From a virus (taxonomy: Duplodnaviria > Heunggongvirae > Uroviricota > Caudoviricetes), in IMG/VR virus record IMGVR_UViG_3300029653_000015: a stretch of 27,553 nt of DNA, one strand, 5' to 3'. A program made the position numbers and the translations under genes. The notes beneath the pieces were generated by a model that saw only the letters and a list, made by a program, of their open reading frames with translations, was not told the origin of the DNA and ran no database searches. Positions 16,339 to 25,583 of the stretch are shown in pieces (positions within the stretch are counted from its first letter, which is position 1; each line of letters opens with the position of its first letter).

Positions 16339-18297
16339 ATGCAGGCTGGTCACCAGAGTGACGCGGATATTTATATTTATGACGAGATTGGTTTCTGGGG
16401 TGTTACAGCGAAGCAGTTTATCAGTGATCTGAATGCACTGGGCGATATCACCCACATTAATCTCCATATCAATTCACCGGGTGGCGATGTCTTTGAAGGC
16501 ATCGCCATTTTTAATGCGCTGAAAACACATGGTGCATCCATTACCGTTTATGTCGACGGTGTGGCGGCGTCAATGGCGTCGGTCATTGCGATGGTGGGAA
16601 ACCCGGTCATTATGCCGGAAAACACCTTCATGATGATTCATAAACCATTTGGCTTTACGGGCGGTGATGCGGAGGACATGCGCACCTATGCCGACCTGCT
16701 CGATAAGGTTGAGGCGGTTCTGTTACCCGCTTATGCACAGAAAACCGGGAAAACCACCGATGAAATTGCTGCCATGCTGGCGGATGAGACCTGGATGTCC
16801 GGTGCCGAATGTCTGGCACATGGATTTGCTGATCAGGTGACGCCAGCCGTTAAGGCAATGGCATGTATTCAGTCAAAACGTACAGAGGAATTTAAAAAGA
16901 TGCCGGAATCCATTCGAAACATGATTACTCCGCCACGCAACAGTGCTCCACGCGTACAGGATGATGAACCTGCAGCCTCCCGGACGCCAGTGCAGGCAGC
17001 AGCACCCGTGGTGGATGAAAACAGTATCCGTGCGCAGGTACTGGCAGAGCAAAAAGCGCGTGTAAACGGTATTAATGATCTGTTTGCCATGTTTGGCGGG
17101 CGTTATCAGACGCTGCAGGCTCAGTGTCTTGCCGATCCTGAATGTTCGCTGGAGCAGGCCCGCGAAAAGCTGTTGAACGAGATGGGGCGCGAGTCCACGC
17201 CATCCAATAAAAATACCCCGGCTCATATTTATGCCGGTAACGGTAATTTTGTGGGGGACGGGATCCGCCAGGCGCTGATGGCGCGTGCCGGATTTGAAAA
17301 AACCGAACGTGATAATGTCTACAACGGGATGACCCTGCGTGAATATGCCCGTATGTCACTGACTGAACGGGGTATTGGGGTTTCCAGTTATAACCCGATG
17401 CAGATGGTCGGTGCGGCGTTCACACACAGTACGTCTGACTTCGGTAATATTCTGCTGGATGTTGCAAACAAAGCCATTCTGCAGGGCTGGGAAGATGCCC
17501 CTGAAACCTATGAACAGTGGACGCGGAAAGGTCAGTTGTCTGATTTTAAAATTGCCCATCGTGTGGGTATGGGGGGCTTCAGTGCTCTGCGTCAGGTGCG
17601 TGAAGGGGCGGAATATAAATACGTCACCACCGGAGATAAACAGGCCACTATTGCACTGGCGACCTATGGCGAGCTGTTCAGTATCACCCGTCAGGCCATT
17701 ATCAATGATGATCTGAATATGCTGACCGATGTCCCGATGAAACTGGGCCGTGCGGCGAAATCCACTATTGCCGATCTGGTTTATGCCATTCTGACGTCTA
17801 ACCCGAAAATCTCCACAGATAATGTAAGTCTGTTCGATAAAGCGAAACATGCAAACGTACTGGAGAGCGCTGCAATGGACGTGGCATCGCTGGATAAAGC
17901 CCGTCAGTTGATGCGCGTTCAGAAAGAGGGGGAGCGTCATCTGAATATTCGTCCTGCGTTCGTACTGGTACCGACGGCGATGGAGTCTGTTGCTAACCAG
18001 GTCATTCGCTCCTCAAGTGTCAAGGGGGCTGACATTAACGCCGGTATTATTAACCCGGTGAAAGATTTTGCGACCGTTATTGCAGAGCCTCGTCTTGATG
18101 ATAACAGCCAGACCACCTTCTACCTGGCTGCGTCAAAAGGCTCCGATACGATTGAAGTGGCTTATCTCAACGGTGTGGATACGCCATATATTGATCAGAT
18201 GGAGGGCTTCAGTGTGGATGGCGTGACAACGAAAGTGCGTATTGACGCCGGTGTCGCGCCAGTTGATCACCGTGGTCTGGTGAAATGTACGGCGTAA
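16339..18297 (+). CDS. prohead protease (ClpP-like)/major capsid protein fusion, helper copy
   Basis: 652 aa from ATG 16339. ClpP-like motifs GVAASMASV and FMMIHKPFG. A proline/alanine-rich linker (PRNSAPRVQDDEPAASRTPVQAAAPVVDE) precedes a capsid-like C-terminal domain. The ORF track's earlier start at 16078 overlaps the portal gene. Confidence 0.8.
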   Translation: MQAGHQSDADIYIYDEIGFWGVTAKQFISDLNALGDITHINLHINSPGGDVFEGIAIFNALKTHGASITVYVDGVAASMASVIAMVGNPVIMPENTFMMIHKPFGFTGGDAEDMRTYADLLDKVEAVLLPAYAQKTGKTTDEIAAMLADETWMSGAECLAHGFADQVTPAVKAMACIQSKRTEEFKKMPESIRNMITPPRNSAPRVQDDEPAASRTPVQAAAPVVDENSIRAQVLAEQKARVNGINDLFAMFGGRYQTLQAQCLADPECSLEQAREKLLNEMGRESTPSNKNTPAHIYAGNGNFVGDGIRQALMARAGFEKTERDNVYNGMTLREYARMSLTERGIGVSSYNPMQMVGAAFTHSTSDFGNILLDVANKAILQGWEDAPETYEQWTRKGQLSDFKIAHRVGMGGFSALRQVREGAEYKYVTTGDKQATIALATYGELFSITRQAIINDDLNMLTDVPMKLGRAAKSTIADLVYAILTSNPKISTDNVSLFDKAKHANVLESAAMDVASLDKARQLMRVQKEGERHLNIRPAFVLVPTAMESVANQVIRSSSVKGADINAGIINPVKDFATVIAEPRLDDNSQTTFYLAASKGSDTIEVAYLNGVDTPYIDQMEGFSVDGVTTKVRIDAGVAPVDHRGLVKCTA

Positions 18298-18320
18298 ACG
18301 TCGCAGACAACAACTCTGAT

Positions 18321-18341
18321 GGCCCGTAAGGGCTTTTTTTG
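18321..18341 (+). terminator. possible rho-independent terminator after the capsid gene
   Basis: Short GC stem GGCCC gtaa GGGC followed by TTTTTTT. The stem is short, so this is weak. Confidence 0.4.
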
Positions 18342-18383
18342 TACCTGAAATCAGCCCCTGAACGGGGCTGTGCGGAGACAGTT

Positions 18384-18707
18384 ATGGCAAAGAATTTTGT
18401 AGAAGAAGGAAAAACGGTGGCGATTGTTGCCAGTGCAGCCATCAGCAGCGGAGATCTGGTGCAGGTGGGTGATGTTTTTGCGGTGGCGCTGACCGATATT
18501 CCACAGGGTGAAACAGGCGACGGCCTGACCGAAGGTGTGTTTATGCTGCCTAAGCTGAAAACGGATGACATGAAAACGGGTAAGAAGGTTTATCTGAAGT
18601 CCGGAAAAGTTCAGCTGACTAACAGCGGCTCTGATCCGCTGGTCGGGGTTGTCTGGGCAGATGCCGGAACCAGTGCAGAAGAGGTGCCGGTAAAACTCAA
18701 TGTCTGA
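18384..18707 (+). CDS. DUF2190-like head protein (possible decoration/accessory protein)
   Basis: 107 aa from ATG 18384 with GGAGA RBS. Occupies the slot between the capsid gene and the FII-like gene. Family call from memory of similar small proteins that follow capsid genes. Confidence 0.45.
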   Translation: MAKNFVEEGKTVAIVASAAISSGDLVQVGDVFAVALTDIPQGETGDGLTEGVFMLPKLKTDDMKTGKKVYLKSGKVQLTNSGSDPLVGVVWADAGTSAEEVPVKLNV

Positions 18708-18975
18708 TCCCTTTTCCCGGCTGGCAGCGCGTATGGATGCTATCACGGTCAGAAAGATGGGAAAGACAGCCTCGATTAATGATGTCGATATGACCGTGAT
18801 CCCGGGAGAAACACTGGCAGAGCTGAATGCTCTGTCCGGACCTGCGGTCTCTCTGGTGGTGTTTTCTTCGGGATACCGCCCACGGCGCGGGGATCGCGTT
18901 GTTTATGACGGACAACAATGGACGGTCACACGGCATGAACGCTTTAACGGTAAGCCAATGATCTTTATTGAGTAA
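18700..18975 (+). CDS. head-tail connector, lambda FII-like
   Basis: 91 aa. RRGDRVVYDGQQWTVTRH parallels lambda FII RRGDTLTIGEENFWVDRV. Lies immediately before Z, as in lambda. Confidence 0.6.
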   Translation: MSDPFSRLAARMDAITVRKMGKTASINDVDMTVIPGETLAELNALSGPAVSLVVFSSGYRPRRGDRVVYDGQQWTVTRHERFNGKPMIFIE

Positions 18976-18986
18976 AGAGGTGTGGG

Positions 18987-19577
18987 ATGAAGGGGCTTGA
19001 GAATGCCATCCGCAATCTGAACAGCCTTGATACCCGTATGGTGCCACAGGCCAGCGCATGGGCGATAAACCGTGTGGCACAGAAAGCGGTCTCGGTTGCC
19101 ACCCGGCAGGTTGCCGGGAATACCGTTGCGGGAGATAACCAGGTGAAAGGGATCCCCCTGAAACTGGTACGTCAGCGTGTCCGGGTGTTTAAAGCCAGTC
19201 CGTCAGGAAAAATGACGGCCAGGATCCGCGTTAACCGGGGCAATCTGCCCGCCATCAAACTGAACACAACACGGCGGCGTGCTGGTGAAGGACTGAGAGT
19301 GGGAAAATACTTTTTCCGGGGGGCATTTGTTCAGCAACTGGCGAATGGCCGCTGGCATGTTCTGAGGCGTCTTCCTGAAGCGCGTTTTGCAACAGGGCAT
19401 GACCATCAGGGCAGGCCAAGAAAAAATCGTCTTCCTGTGGAGGTAGTGAAAATCCCGCTGTCCGGACCGCTGACACAGGCATTTGAAGATGCCCGCGACC
19501 GCATCATTGCTGCGGAAATGCCGAAACAGCTGGGGTATGCACTGAAACAACAACTGAGATTATGGCTGACCCGATGA
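18987..19577 (+). CDS. Z: minor tail protein Z
   Basis: MKGLENAIRNLNSLD...AINRVAQKA...RIRVNRGNLPAIKL...GAFVQQLANGRWHVLRRL...VVKIPLSGPLTQAF...LGYALKQQLRLWLTR aligns along its length with lambda gpZ as I recall it. Confidence 0.85.
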   Translation: MKGLENAIRNLNSLDTRMVPQASAWAINRVAQKAVSVATRQVAGNTVAGDNQVKGIPLKLVRQRVRVFKASPSGKMTARIRVNRGNLPAIKLNTTRRRAGEGLRVGKYFFRGAFVQQLANGRWHVLRRLPEARFATGHDHQGRPRKNRLPVEVVKIPLSGPLTQAFEDARDRIIAAEMPKQLGYALKQQLRLWLTR

Positions 19578-19975
19578 ACCGACATACACAAATCCGCCAG
19601 GTCGTACTGGCACGCCTTCGGGAACAGTGTGGAGACAGCGCCACGTTTTTTGACGGGCTTCCGGCATTTATTGATGCGCAGGAACTGCCCGCCGTGGCGG
19701 TGTGGCTGAGTGATGCTCAGTACACCGGAAAAATGACGGATGAAGATGACTGGCAGGCTGTTCTGCATATTGCCGTCTTCATCCGGGCACAGGCACCGGA
19801 TTCAGAGCTGGATATGTGGATGGAGAGCACCATTTTTCCTGCCCTGAATGATATACCGGCACTTTCCGGACTCATCGACACCCTGATCCCACTCGGTTTT
19901 AACTATCAACGTGATAATGAGATGGCCACCTGGGCGATGGCGGAAATCACGTACCAGATCACGTACACGAATTAA
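19574..19975 (+). CDS. U: minor tail protein U (tail terminator)
   Basis: ATGA overlap with the Z stop. ATFFDGLPAFIDAQELPAVAVWLSDAQYTG...WMESTIFPALNDIPALSGLI closely parallels lambda gpU. Confidence 0.85.
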   Translation: MNRHTQIRQVVLARLREQCGDSATFFDGLPAFIDAQELPAVAVWLSDAQYTGKMTDEDDWQAVLHIAVFIRAQAPDSELDMWMESTIFPALNDIPALSGLIDTLIPLGFNYQRDNEMATWAMAEITYQITYTN

Positions 19976-19985
19976 GGAGGTGGTA

Positions 19986-20729
19986 ATGACCACACCAAAT
20001 CCACTGGCAAAGACGAAAGGTGCGGGGACGACGTTCTGGATGTATACCGGCAACGGCGATGCGTTTGCGAATCCTTTGTCGGACACTGACTGGCTGCGTC
20101 TTGCGATGGTGAAGGATCTGCAACCTGGCGAAATGACCGCTGATGCAGAAGATGACACTTATCTCGATGATGAAGATGCAGACTGGAAAACGACAACCCA
20201 GGGGCAGAAATCAGTCGGTGATACTTCGGCGACGCTGGCCTGGCGTCCGGGTGACAGCGGGCAGAAAAAACTGGTTCAGTTGTTCGACTCCGGTGAAGTC
20301 TGCGCGTTTCGTATCAAATATCCCAACGGTACTGTTGATGTTTTCCGTGGCTGGCTGAGTTCACTGGGTAAAACCATTGCCTCAAAAGACGTGATGACCC
20401 GCACTGTGAAAATCAGCGGTGTGGGGCGTCCGTATCTGGCAGAGGAAGGCACTGAAACAGTGAGCGTTACCGGGCTGACGGTGGCACCGGCATCTGCCAG
20501 TGTAAAAGTGGGAGCAACCACCACGCTGACCTTTACAGTAAAACCTGACGGAGCCAGTGACAAAGCGATCAGTGTGCATTCGTCAGATCCACAGACTGCC
20601 ACGGTGACCCTGAACGGGCTTGTAGCCACGGTGAAAGGCGTGAAGCAGGGCAGTGTCAGCATTGTGGGCATGACCGCTGACGGGAATTTTGTGGCTGTGG
20701 CTGCGGTGACTGTCAGCGCCGCAGGTTAA
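19986..20729 (+). CDS. V: major tail protein V with C-terminal Ig-like domain
   Basis: AAGGAGG RBS. KGAGTTFWMYTGNGDAFANPLSDTDWLRLAMVKDL...YLDDEDADW...NGTVDVFRGWLSSLGK matches lambda gpV. C-terminal ~90 aa are threonine/valine-rich and Ig-like. Confidence 0.9.
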   Translation: MTTPNPLAKTKGAGTTFWMYTGNGDAFANPLSDTDWLRLAMVKDLQPGEMTADAEDDTYLDDEDADWKTTTQGQKSVGDTSATLAWRPGDSGQKKLVQLFDSGEVCAFRIKYPNGTVDVFRGWLSSLGKTIASKDVMTRTVKISGVGRPYLAEEGTETVSVTGLTVAPASASVKVGATTTLTFTVKPDGASDKAISVHSSDPQTATVTLNGLVATVKGVKQGSVSIVGMTADGNFVAVAAVTVSAAG

Positions 20730-20749
20730 CAGGACGATACTCATCATTT

Positions 20750-20773
20750 GCCCCGGTTATCCGGGGCTTTTTT
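20750..20773 (+). terminator. rho-independent terminator after V
   Basis: GCCCCGG ttat CCGGGGC followed by TTTTTT. Confidence 0.6.
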
Positions 20774-20786
20774 GCAGGTGGAGAAC

Positions 20787-21176
20787 ATGATGTTTCTGAA
20801 ACAGGGCACGTTTAATTATGAAAAACAGTCCGTGGTGCTCAGTGAGCTGTCCGGGCTGCAGAGAATTGAATATCTGGCGTTTGTTCAGCAGCGAACGGCA
20901 AAGTTTGATGCCGGTGAGGGAGAACTGCCGGAGGCTGAACGACAGATTGCTTTTCTGCGGATGGGGATGGATATCAATGCCTGGCTGGTTTCCCGCTCAC
21001 TGTGGAATGCGGATCAGTCTAAGGATGTAGAGACGCTTTGCGCATCCGTTATTACAACATGGTCGTATGATGCCCTGGGTGCGGGGGCGGAGATGGTTCT
21101 GTCGCTGAGCGGTATGGGGGCCATTGATAATGCCGGGGATGATGAGCATGAGGCGCTGACGCCGGAAAAGTCCTGA
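20787..21176 (+). CDS. G: tail assembly chaperone G
   Basis: MMFLKQGTFNYEKQSVVLSELSGLQRIEYLAF resembles lambda gpG (MFLKTESFEHNGVTVTLSELSALQRIEHLAL). GGTGGAG RBS. Confidence 0.8.
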   Translation: MMFLKQGTFNYEKQSVVLSELSGLQRIEYLAFVQQRTAKFDAGEGELPEAERQIAFLRMGMDINAWLVSRSLWNADQSKDVETLCASVITTWSYDALGAGAEMVLSLSGMGAIDNAGDDEHEALTPEKS

Positions 21177-21514
21177 CGCGGGAAATGCAGTTTGTCATGC
21201 GGCTTGCCCGGGAGTTCCGGCGGGCAGACTGGCGGCGGATGCTGTCGGAAATGTCGGCCACTGAGCTTGGTGAGTGGGGCGATTATTTCCGGATGCAGAG
21301 CTTCAGTGATGTGTGGATGGATGCGCAGTTTGCCTCGCTGAAGGCATTGATCGTGAGAATGGTGTCCGGCAGCAGTGATGCTGCGGTGGCTGATTTCAGC
21401 CTTTTACCGGAAGAGAACGGGATACCGGAGCGAACGGACGAAGAACTGATGCATCTTGGGGAAGGTATTTCCGGAGGTGTGCGTTATGGACCAGATAGCC
21501 AACCTGGTCATTGA
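21164..21514 (+). CDS. T: T portion of the G-T tail assembly fusion, reached by a predicted -1 programmed frameshift near the end of G
   Basis: The -1 frame is open across the last G codons, with a G GAA AAG heptamer at 21164..21170 (lambda uses G GGA AAG). The downstream ORF is in the -1 frame relative to G and overlaps the H start. The exact slip site is unverified. Confidence 0.55.
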   Translation, partial: GKVLTREMQFVMRLAREFRRADWRRMLSEMSATELGEWGDYFRMQSFSDVWMDAQFASLKALIVRMVSGSSDAAVADFSLLPEENGIPERTDEELMHLGEGISGGVRYGPDSQPGH

Positions 21515-24500
21515 TTTGGGGATTGATGCGGCAGAGTTTAAAAATGAAATCCCCCGTATCAAAAACCTTCTGAATGGTGCAGCCAGCGATGCAGAACGGT
21601 CTTCTGCCCGTATGCAGCGTTTTATGGAGCGTCAGACTCAGGCCGCCCGGCAGACAACGCAGGCGGCGTCTTCGGCTGCAACAGCCGCATCCGTCCATGC
21701 GCAGACGGTGGAGAAGAACGCACAGGCTCATGAACGCATGGCCCGCGAGGTGGAGAAAACCCGCCAGCGCATGGAGGCGCTGAGCCAGAAAATGCGCGAG
21801 GAACAGGCGCAGGCCATGGCTCTGGCGGAGGCTCAGGATAAAGCGGCTGCTGCGTTTTATCGTCAGATTGACAGTGTGAAACAGGCCAGTGCGGGTCTGC
21901 AGGAATTACAGCGTATTCAGCAGCAGATCCGACAGGCCAGAAACAGTGGCGGGATTGGTCAGCAGGATTATCTGGCGCTGATTTCTGAGGTTACGGCGAA
22001 AACCCGTGTTCTTACACAGGCTGAGGAAGAGGCTACCCGACAGAAAGTGGCGTTTATCCGTCAGCTTAAAGAGCAGGCAACCCGCCAGAATCTTTCTTCT
22101 TCTGAGTTGCTTCGTGCTAAGGCTGCCCAGCTGGGGGTAAGCAGTGCTGCAGAAGTGTATATCCGCAAAATGGAGCAGGCAGGAAAAGCCACGCATTCGC
22201 TGGGTCTGAAAAGTGCAGCGGCCCGCCAGGAGATAGGCGTTCTGATAGGTGAACTGGCTCGCGGCAATTTAGGTGCGCTGAGGGGATCCGGGATAACGCT
22301 GGCTAACCGTGCCGGATGGATAGACACACTGATGTCACCGAAAGGCATGATGCCAGGTGGGGTTATTGGCGGTATTGCCGCGGCCGTCTATGGTCTGGGT
22401 AAAGCCTGGTATGACGGTCAGAAGGAGGGGGAAGAATTTAACCGCCAGTTGTCGCTGACGGGGCATTATGCCGGAGTCACTGCCGGGCAGCTGTGGACGC
22501 TTAGTCGTGCTATTTCCGGGAATGGTATCACGCAACATGCTGCAGCCGGTGCGCTGGCTCAGGTGGTGGGGAGTGGTGCATTTCGTGGAAACGATATCGG
22601 TATGGTGGCGAGAGCTGCCGCACAGATGGAGCGATCGGTTGGCCAGTCGGTCAGCGATACCATAAATCAGTTTAAGCGGCTGAAGGATGATCCTGTAAAT
22701 GCCGCGAAGGCTCTGGACAATGAGCTGCATTTTCTTACTGCCACTCAGCTTGAGCAGATACGTGTCCTTGGGGATCAGGGACGGTCCAGTGATGCTGCAC
22801 GGATAGCCATGTCTGCACTGGCAGAGGAAACCGGTCGGCGTACTGCGGATATTGATAATAACCTCAATGCGCTTGGCAGTACGCTGAAGTATCTGTCTGA
22901 TTTGTGGAGTCGTTTCTGGGATGCGGCCATGAATATTGGTCGTGAAGACTCGCTGGATGAACAGATTGCCGCTTTACAGGAGAAAGTGTCGCGGGCGAAA
23001 AGACTCCCCTGGACGGCATCATCTTCTCAGGTTGAATACGATCAGCAGCGTCTGAACGATCTTCAGGAGAAAAAACGCCAGAAGGATTTGCAGGATGCAA
23101 AAGAGCAGGCAGAGCGGAATTATCAGGAGCAACAGAAACGACGTAATGCTGAAAATGCTGCACTGAACCGGATGAATGAAACGGAAGCAGCACGACATCA
23201 GCGTGAAATTGCGCGTATTAATGCCATGCAGTACGCCGACCAGGCTGTCAGGGATGCGGCGATACAACGTGAAAATGAACGTTACGAGAAAGCCCTGGCA
23301 TCCGGTAAGAAAAAAACACGCGAAACCCGTAATGATGAGGCCACCCGGTTATTGCTGCAGTACAGTCAGCAACAGGCACAGGTGGAAGGGCAGATTGCTG
23401 CTGCAAGACAGTCAGCAGGCATTGCCACTGAAAAGATGACAGAAGCGCATAAACAGCTTCTGGCTCTGCAGCAGCGCATCAGCGACCTGGACGGGAAAAA
23501 ACTGACGGCAGATGAAAAGAGTGTGCTGGCCCGTAAAGATGAACTGATTCAGGCACTGACGCTGCTGGATGTAAAACAGCAGGAGCTTCAGAAACAGACG
23601 GCACTCAACGAGCTGAAGAAAAAAACAATTCAGCTGACCAGTCAACTGGCTGAAGAAGAGCGTGCTCAGCGTCAGCAACATGACCTGGATATCGCCACGG
23701 TGGGTATGGGTGATCAGCAGCGGCAGCGATATCAGGTACAACTGAGTCTTCGCCAGAAATACCAGCAACAGCTGGAGCAGTTGAGGCGGGATAGTGAGCA
23801 GAAAGGGACATATAACACGGATGACTACAGAAAGGCCGAGCAGGCGCTGACGGAGAGCCTGAACCGACAACTGAATGAGAATCGCCGTTACTGGCAACAG
23901 CTTGAAATTGCTCAGGGGGACTGGAAAAACGGAGTCCTGCGTGCACTCCAGAATGTCACTGAGAATGCGGATAACACAGCCGGGACAGTGGAACAGTTGT
24001 TCACGTCTGCGTTCAGTAGCATGAGTGACTGGCTGGCGACATTCTGTACTACAGGCAAACTCAATTTCAAATCCTTCACCTCTTCTGTGCTGTCAGATAT
24101 GTCCAGAATCATGGCTCAGATAGCTTTAATGAAAGCGGTAAAAGGCATTGCTTCCGCGCTGCCTTTTGATTTTGTAGCTAATGCTGATGGCGGTGTTTAT
24201 CAGTCGGCTGATTTGAGTCGCTACAGTGGCACGGTGGTTAACCGTCCGACGTTTTTTGCTTTTGCAAAAGGCGCGGGTGTGATGGGGGAAGCTGGACCTG
24301 AAGCCATTCTGCCACTGCGTCGTGGTGCTGACGGTAAGCTGGGGGTTGTGGCGGATATTGGTGGTTCAGGTATGGCGATGTTTGCCCCGCAGTACAACAT
24401 CGAGATCAATAACGATGGCACGAACGGGCAGATAGGTCCGGCTGCCCTGAAGGTGGTTTATGACCTTGGGAAAAAAGCGGCAGCGGACTTTATGCAACAG

Positions 24501-24542
24501 CAGGCCCGTGATGGTGGTCGGTTTAGTGGAGCATATCGGTAA
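21486..24542 (+). CDS. H: tail tape measure protein H
   Basis: 1018 aa from ATG 21486 with GGAGGTG RBS. Long Q/A/R-rich coiled-coil region and glycine-rich C-terminal segment. Sits between G-T and M. Confidence 0.9.
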   Translation: MDQIANLVIDLGIDAAEFKNEIPRIKNLLNGAASDAERSSARMQRFMERQTQAARQTTQAASSAATAASVHAQTVEKNAQAHERMAREVEKTRQRMEALSQKMREEQAQAMALAEAQDKAAAAFYRQIDSVKQASAGLQELQRIQQQIRQARNSGGIGQQDYLALISEVTAKTRVLTQAEEEATRQKVAFIRQLKEQATRQNLSSSELLRAKAAQLGVSSAAEVYIRKMEQAGKATHSLGLKSAAARQEIGVLIGELARGNLGALRGSGITLANRAGWIDTLMSPKGMMPGGVIGGIAAAVYGLGKAWYDGQKEGEEFNRQLSLTGHYAGVTAGQLWTLSRAISGNGITQHAAAGALAQVVGSGAFRGNDIGMVARAAAQMERSVGQSVSDTINQFKRLKDDPVNAAKALDNELHFLTATQLEQIRVLGDQGRSSDAARIAMSALAEETGRRTADIDNNLNALGSTLKYLSDLWSRFWDAAMNIGREDSLDEQIAALQEKVSRAKRLPWTASSSQVEYDQQRLNDLQEKKRQKDLQDAKEQAERNYQEQQKRRNAENAALNRMNETEAARHQREIARINAMQYADQAVRDAAIQRENERYEKALASGKKKTRETRNDEATRLLLQYSQQQAQVEGQIAAARQSAGIATEKMTEAHKQLLALQQRISDLDGKKLTADEKSVLARKDELIQALTLLDVKQQELQKQTALNELKKKTIQLTSQLAEEERAQRQQHDLDIATVGMGDQQRQRYQVQLSLRQKYQQQLEQLRRDSEQKGTYNTDDYRKAEQALTESLNRQLNENRRYWQQLEIAQGDWKNGVLRALQNVTENADNTAGTVEQLFTSAFSSMSDWLATFCTTGKLNFKSFTSSVLSDMSRIMAQIALMKAVKGIASALPFDFVANADGGVYQSADLSRYSGTVVNRPTFFAFAKGAGVMGEAGPEAILPLRRGADGKLGVVADIGGSGMAMFAPQYNIEINNDGTNGQIGPAALKVVYDLGKKAAADFMQQQARDGGRFSGAYR

Positions 24543-24871
24543 TGGAGACGTTTCACTGGAAAGTGCGCCCGGATATGAATGTGGTATCAGAGCCGAAAGT
24601 GGTGACAGTGAAGCTGGGCGATGGTTATGAACAGCGTCGTGCGGCGGGACTGAATAACCAGTTGTCGACTTACAGCGTGACGATACGTGTTCGTAAATGT
24701 GAACACCCATCTTTAAAAGCCTTTCTGGAACGGCACGGTGGCGTCCGCGCATTTCAGTGGACGCCACCTTATGACTGGAGGCCGATCAGGGTGGTTTGTC
24801 GTAAATGGTCGGCAAGCGTGGGGGCGCTGTGGGTAACCATAACGGCAGATTTTGAACAGGTCGTGGCATAG
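24542..24871 (+). CDS. M: minor tail protein M
   Basis: METFHWKVRPDMNVVSEPKVVTVKLGDGYEQR...FLERHGGVRAFQWTPPYDWRPIRVVCRKWS...FEQVV parallels lambda gpM. Confidence 0.85.
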   Translation: METFHWKVRPDMNVVSEPKVVTVKLGDGYEQRRAAGLNNQLSTYSVTIRVRKCEHPSLKAFLERHGGVRAFQWTPPYDWRPIRVVCRKWSASVGALWVTITADFEQVVA

Positions 24872-24880
24872 GAGGCCCTG

Positions 24881-25579
24881 ATGCAGGATATTCCACAGGA
24901 AACACATCATGAGACGACACGCCTTACTCAGTCAGCCCTGGTGGTGCTCTGGGAAATCGATCTGACAGAGGTCGGTGGTGAACGTTATTTTTTCTGTAAT
25001 GAGCAGAACGAAAAAGGTGAGCCGGTCACCTGGCAGGGGCGGCAGTATCAGGCATACCCCATTCAGGGGACGGGATTTGAACTGAACGGTAAGGGCAGTG
25101 CTGCCCGTCCGACACTGACGGTCTCTAACCTGCACGGCATGGTCACCGGGATGGCGGAAGACCTGCAGAGTCTGGTCGGCGGAACGGTGGTCAGGCGTAA
25201 GGTTTACGCCCGTTTTCTGGATGCGGTGAACTTCGTCAACGGAAACAGCGACGCCGATCCGGAGCAGGAGGTGATCAGCCGCTGGCGCATCGAGCAGTGC
25301 AGCGAACTGAGTGCGGTCAGTGCCTCCTTTGTGTTGTCCACACCGACGGAAACGGACGGCGCTGTTTTTCCGGGACGTATCATGCTGGCCAACACCTGCA
25401 CCTGGACCTATCGCGGCGATGAGTGCGGTTATCACGGTCCGGCGGTCGCGGATGAATATGACCAGCCAACGTCCGATATCACGAAGGATAAATGCAGCAA
25501 ATGCCTGAGCGGTTGTAAGTTCCGCAATAACGTCGGCAACTTTGGCGGCTTCCTTTCCATTAACAAACTTTCGCAGTAA
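24881..25579 (+). CDS. L: minor tail protein L
   Basis: 232 aa with GGAGG RBS. Cysteine cluster near the C-terminus (CTWTYRGDECGY...CSKCLSGC) and position match lambda gpL. Confidence 0.85.
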   Translation: MQDIPQETHHETTRLTQSALVVLWEIDLTEVGGERYFFCNEQNEKGEPVTWQGRQYQAYPIQGTGFELNGKGSAARPTLTVSNLHGMVTGMAEDLQSLVGGTVVRRKVYARFLDAVNFVNGNSDADPEQEVISRWRIEQCSELSAVSASFVLSTPTETDGAVFPGRIMLANTCTWTYRGDECGYHGPAVADEYDQPTSDITKDKCSKCLSGCKFRNNVGNFGGFLSINKLSQ

Positions 25580-25583
25580 TCCC

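Noticed and set aside
17356-17940. 194-aa minus-strand ORF
   Set aside because: Lies entirely antisense within the helper capsid gene. Treated as a chance open frame in a GC-rich gene.
23412-23897. 161-aa minus-strand ORF, leucine/glutamine-rich
   Set aside because: Antisense to the tape measure gene. Its composition mirrors the Q/L/A-rich coding strand.
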